From: Clostridia bacterium
GTDB taxonomy: Bacteria; Bacillota; Clostridia; Christensenellales; QALW01
Direction of reading: 5' to 3'
Assembly: GCA_900769815.1 (NCBI GenBank)
Contig: CAAGID010000030.1
Location: 2,993-66,992 of the forward strand
DNA: 64,000 nucleotides
A program made the position numbers and the translations under genes. This document shows positions 62,427 to 64,000 of this stretch, in pieces; positions within the stretch are counted from its first letter, which is position 1, and the number at the start of each line of letters is the position of its first letter. The notes under the pieces are model-generated. The model worked only from the letters and a program-made list of their open reading frames with translations. It did no database searches and had not been told where the DNA came from.

Positions 62427-64000
62427 TTAACGGATTATTTTTAATTTATCACAGCCATAAAAAACTCTATCTTCTGAAATTACAACATTTTCAGGCAATT
62501 TTATAGTTTCAAGATTTTTGCAACCCAAAAATGCACAATACTCGATTTTTACCACACTTTCAGGTATTATTATATCTTTAAGACTTGTACATCCTTTAAA
62601 AGCTCTTGCACCAATTTTGACTACTCTTTCAGGAATATTAATACTTGTTAAATTAATACAACCATTGAAAGCATCAGTAGGAATATAATTAATGCCCGAA
62701 GGTAAAATGACTTCTTCTAGACTTTGACAATCTTCAAACGCGCCTTGTTCTATTGTTTTAACACTTTCAGGTATTATTATATTTTTAAGGTTTATACAAT
62801 GAGCGAAGGTTCGGCTTTTGATATCTCTAACCTTTTCAGGGATATTTATACTTGTAAGGTTATGGCACCCATAAAAAGCTTCATACCCAATAAATTCAAC
62901 ACTTTCAGGCAAAACTATTTTTGTTATCTTAGTTAAATTTTGAAAAGCTTGCTCATCAATATGGGTTACCCCATCAGCAACAATAATTTCTCTACAAAAA
63001 GGCAATTCTGCTACCGAAGCCCGTGCTCCATCACTCCACGATCCAAAATAGATAACTTTTTCAACATCAAGGCATAATTCAGATTTGCCCATATATACTG
63101 CGCAAGTTGCTTTATAAGCATTGCTATCCTTATACCATTCTATTTTATCAAACTCAGTATAAAGGCGTGCAAAATCACTTGTTGTATCATACATTTCGTT
63201 AACCAAGGTATTATACTTATTATCAATAATAAAATATGAGGCTATCACACCTGCACAAATTAAAATAAAAGCAGCAACACTTAAAAAAATCTGCGTTTTC
63301 TTTCGTTTTTTCCTTGCTCTTGCTATGCTTTTAAACTTTTCATTTACGTAATCATCTGCATATTCTATTGCTTTTAGGTAATTTTCATTTTTTAAATATT
63401 TTTTCTTTGCAAAAGCTTTTTCTGAAAAAGTTTTTACTTTCAAATCAATCATTAACTTGCCAACATATGCCATTACATTTTGTGGATCAAAGATCAACAA
63501 TTCATTGCAAATACTTTTTGCCGCCCCAAAGCTTCCATCTTCAAGCATAGAAAAGATTCTATCCTCAAGTATTTTTATTTGTGTTTGATCAGTTTTTCCT
63601 TTTTGTGGAACATTTACAACATTTTTAAGTATTTTTTTTATGCCGTACACAAGGTCTTGCATTGCGCCGACCTTTGCCATATCCTGCGCCTGAAGGTGTG
63701 AAAAAGCTTCGGGTAAATCGTATGGATCCATATTCTGATATACGGGAATAAGTGTTTTGTCTGCACCCTTTTTTACTAATGCTAAATATCTTGACCACTC
63801 GTTTTTAACCCACACAGCATTAAAATGTTCGGGTTTTGTTCCCAACACAACCATTGCTTTTGCACTGTTTAAGGCGGCAAATATATAAGGTTCGTAGGCA
63901 ACGCCCAATTTATCTTCAAGCGTTACACGGGCAAAGAAGGTTCTTATACCTTCTTTTTCAAGCTGATAATAAAGCTCTTGGGCAATAACACTATCTTGAG
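62427..64000 (-). CDS. TIR domain / helical linker / TM helix / BspA-type leucine-rich-repeat protein; N-terminus cut by the window edge
   Basis: Track ORF 62427-63908. The frame stays open to 64000 (…DSVIAQELYYQLEKEGIRTFFARVTLEDKLGVAYEPYIFAALNSAKAMVVLGTKPEHFNAVWVKNEWSRYLAL, TIR_2-like). TM helix IFLSVAAFILICAGVIASYFII. Six or more LRR_5-type repeats (I.IPESV..I...AF..C..L). Confidence 0.8.
   Translation of the reverse strand, partial: QDSVIAQELYYQLEKEGIRTFFARVTLEDKLGVAYEPYIFAALNSAKAMVVLGTKPEHFNAVWVKNEWSRYLALVKKGADKTLIPVYQNMDPYDLPEAFSHLQAQDMAKVGAMQDLVYGIKKILKNVVNVPQKGKTDQTQIKILEDRIFSMLEDGSFGAAKSICNELLIFDPQNVMAYVGKLMIDLKVKTFSEKAFAKKKYLKNENYLKAIEYADDYVNEKFKSIARARKKRKKTQIFLSVAAFILICAGVIASYFIIDNKYNTLVNEMYDTTSDFARLYTEFDKIEWYKDSNAYKATCAVYMGKSELCLDVEKVIYFGSWSDGARASVAELPFCREIIVADGVTHIDEQAFQNLTKITKIVLPESVEFIGYEAFYGCHNLTSINIPEKVRDIKSRTFAHCINLKNIIIPESVKTIEQGAFEDCQSLEEVILPSGINYIPTDAFNGCINLTSINIPERVVKIGARAFKGCTSLKDIIIPESVVKIEYCAFLGCKNLETIKLPENVVISEDRVFYGCDKLKIIR

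Noticed and set aside
1-64000. Prophage, IS element, integron, toxin-antitoxin or restriction-modification cluster
   Set aside because: No ORF in the window shows transposase, integrase, recombinase, capsid/terminase, methyltransferase/endonuclease or classic toxin-antitoxin signatures by eye. The only mobile-like signal is the small non-coding insert at 56.2-56.4 kb.

Overview
This 64-kb window looks like chromosome from a low-GC, endospore-forming Firmicute (Clostridia-like). The evidence is spoIVA, a gerA-type germinant-receptor operon, AT-rich intergenic regions with near-consensus sigma-A promoters, and strong GGAGG-type ribosome-binding sites. Most genes are housekeeping and lie on the minus strand between about 16.8 and 53.4 kb. 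They include asnA (cut by the left edge), ddh, dnaB, mtaB, rsmE, a short alaS-like gene, nfo, cvpA, yacL-like, radA, a fused ispDF, trxA and purC. RNA genes are a lone tRNA-Leu(UAA) and a six-gene tRNA operon (Gly-Arg-His-Gln-Lys-Val). Other content includes several transporters, an ABC-2/GldG/DUF4340 operon and two beta-helix glycosidase-like genes. There are also five membrane- or lipid-anchored beta-propeller-like proteins and one frameshifted aldo/keto reductase. I saw no transposase, integrase, phage, CRISPR or rRNA genes. The least explained signals are non-coding. First, a recurring pattern of tandem mini-hairpins with variable stems, punctuated by ATGATAT or ATATCRY, occurs at about 18.17-18.34 kb, 19.88-20.02 kb and 14.21-14.26 kb, with a single copy at about 0.81 kb. 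The largest copy is a 170-bp branched palindrome beside the tRNA operon, in the promoter region of a four-helix-bundle (23S-IVS/Avd-family) gene. Second, a roughly 210-bp insert with inverted-repeat ends appears to split and duplicate a bidirectional terminator at 56.17-56.40 kb. Third, a leader with a small ORF and an intrinsic terminator precedes a CNNM/CorC-type gene. The most unusual protein is cut by the right edge: TIR domain, transmembrane helix, then BspA-type leucine-rich repeats, a Toll-like-receptor-like arrangement. All calls come from reading the sequence and ORF translations by eye, with no database search.
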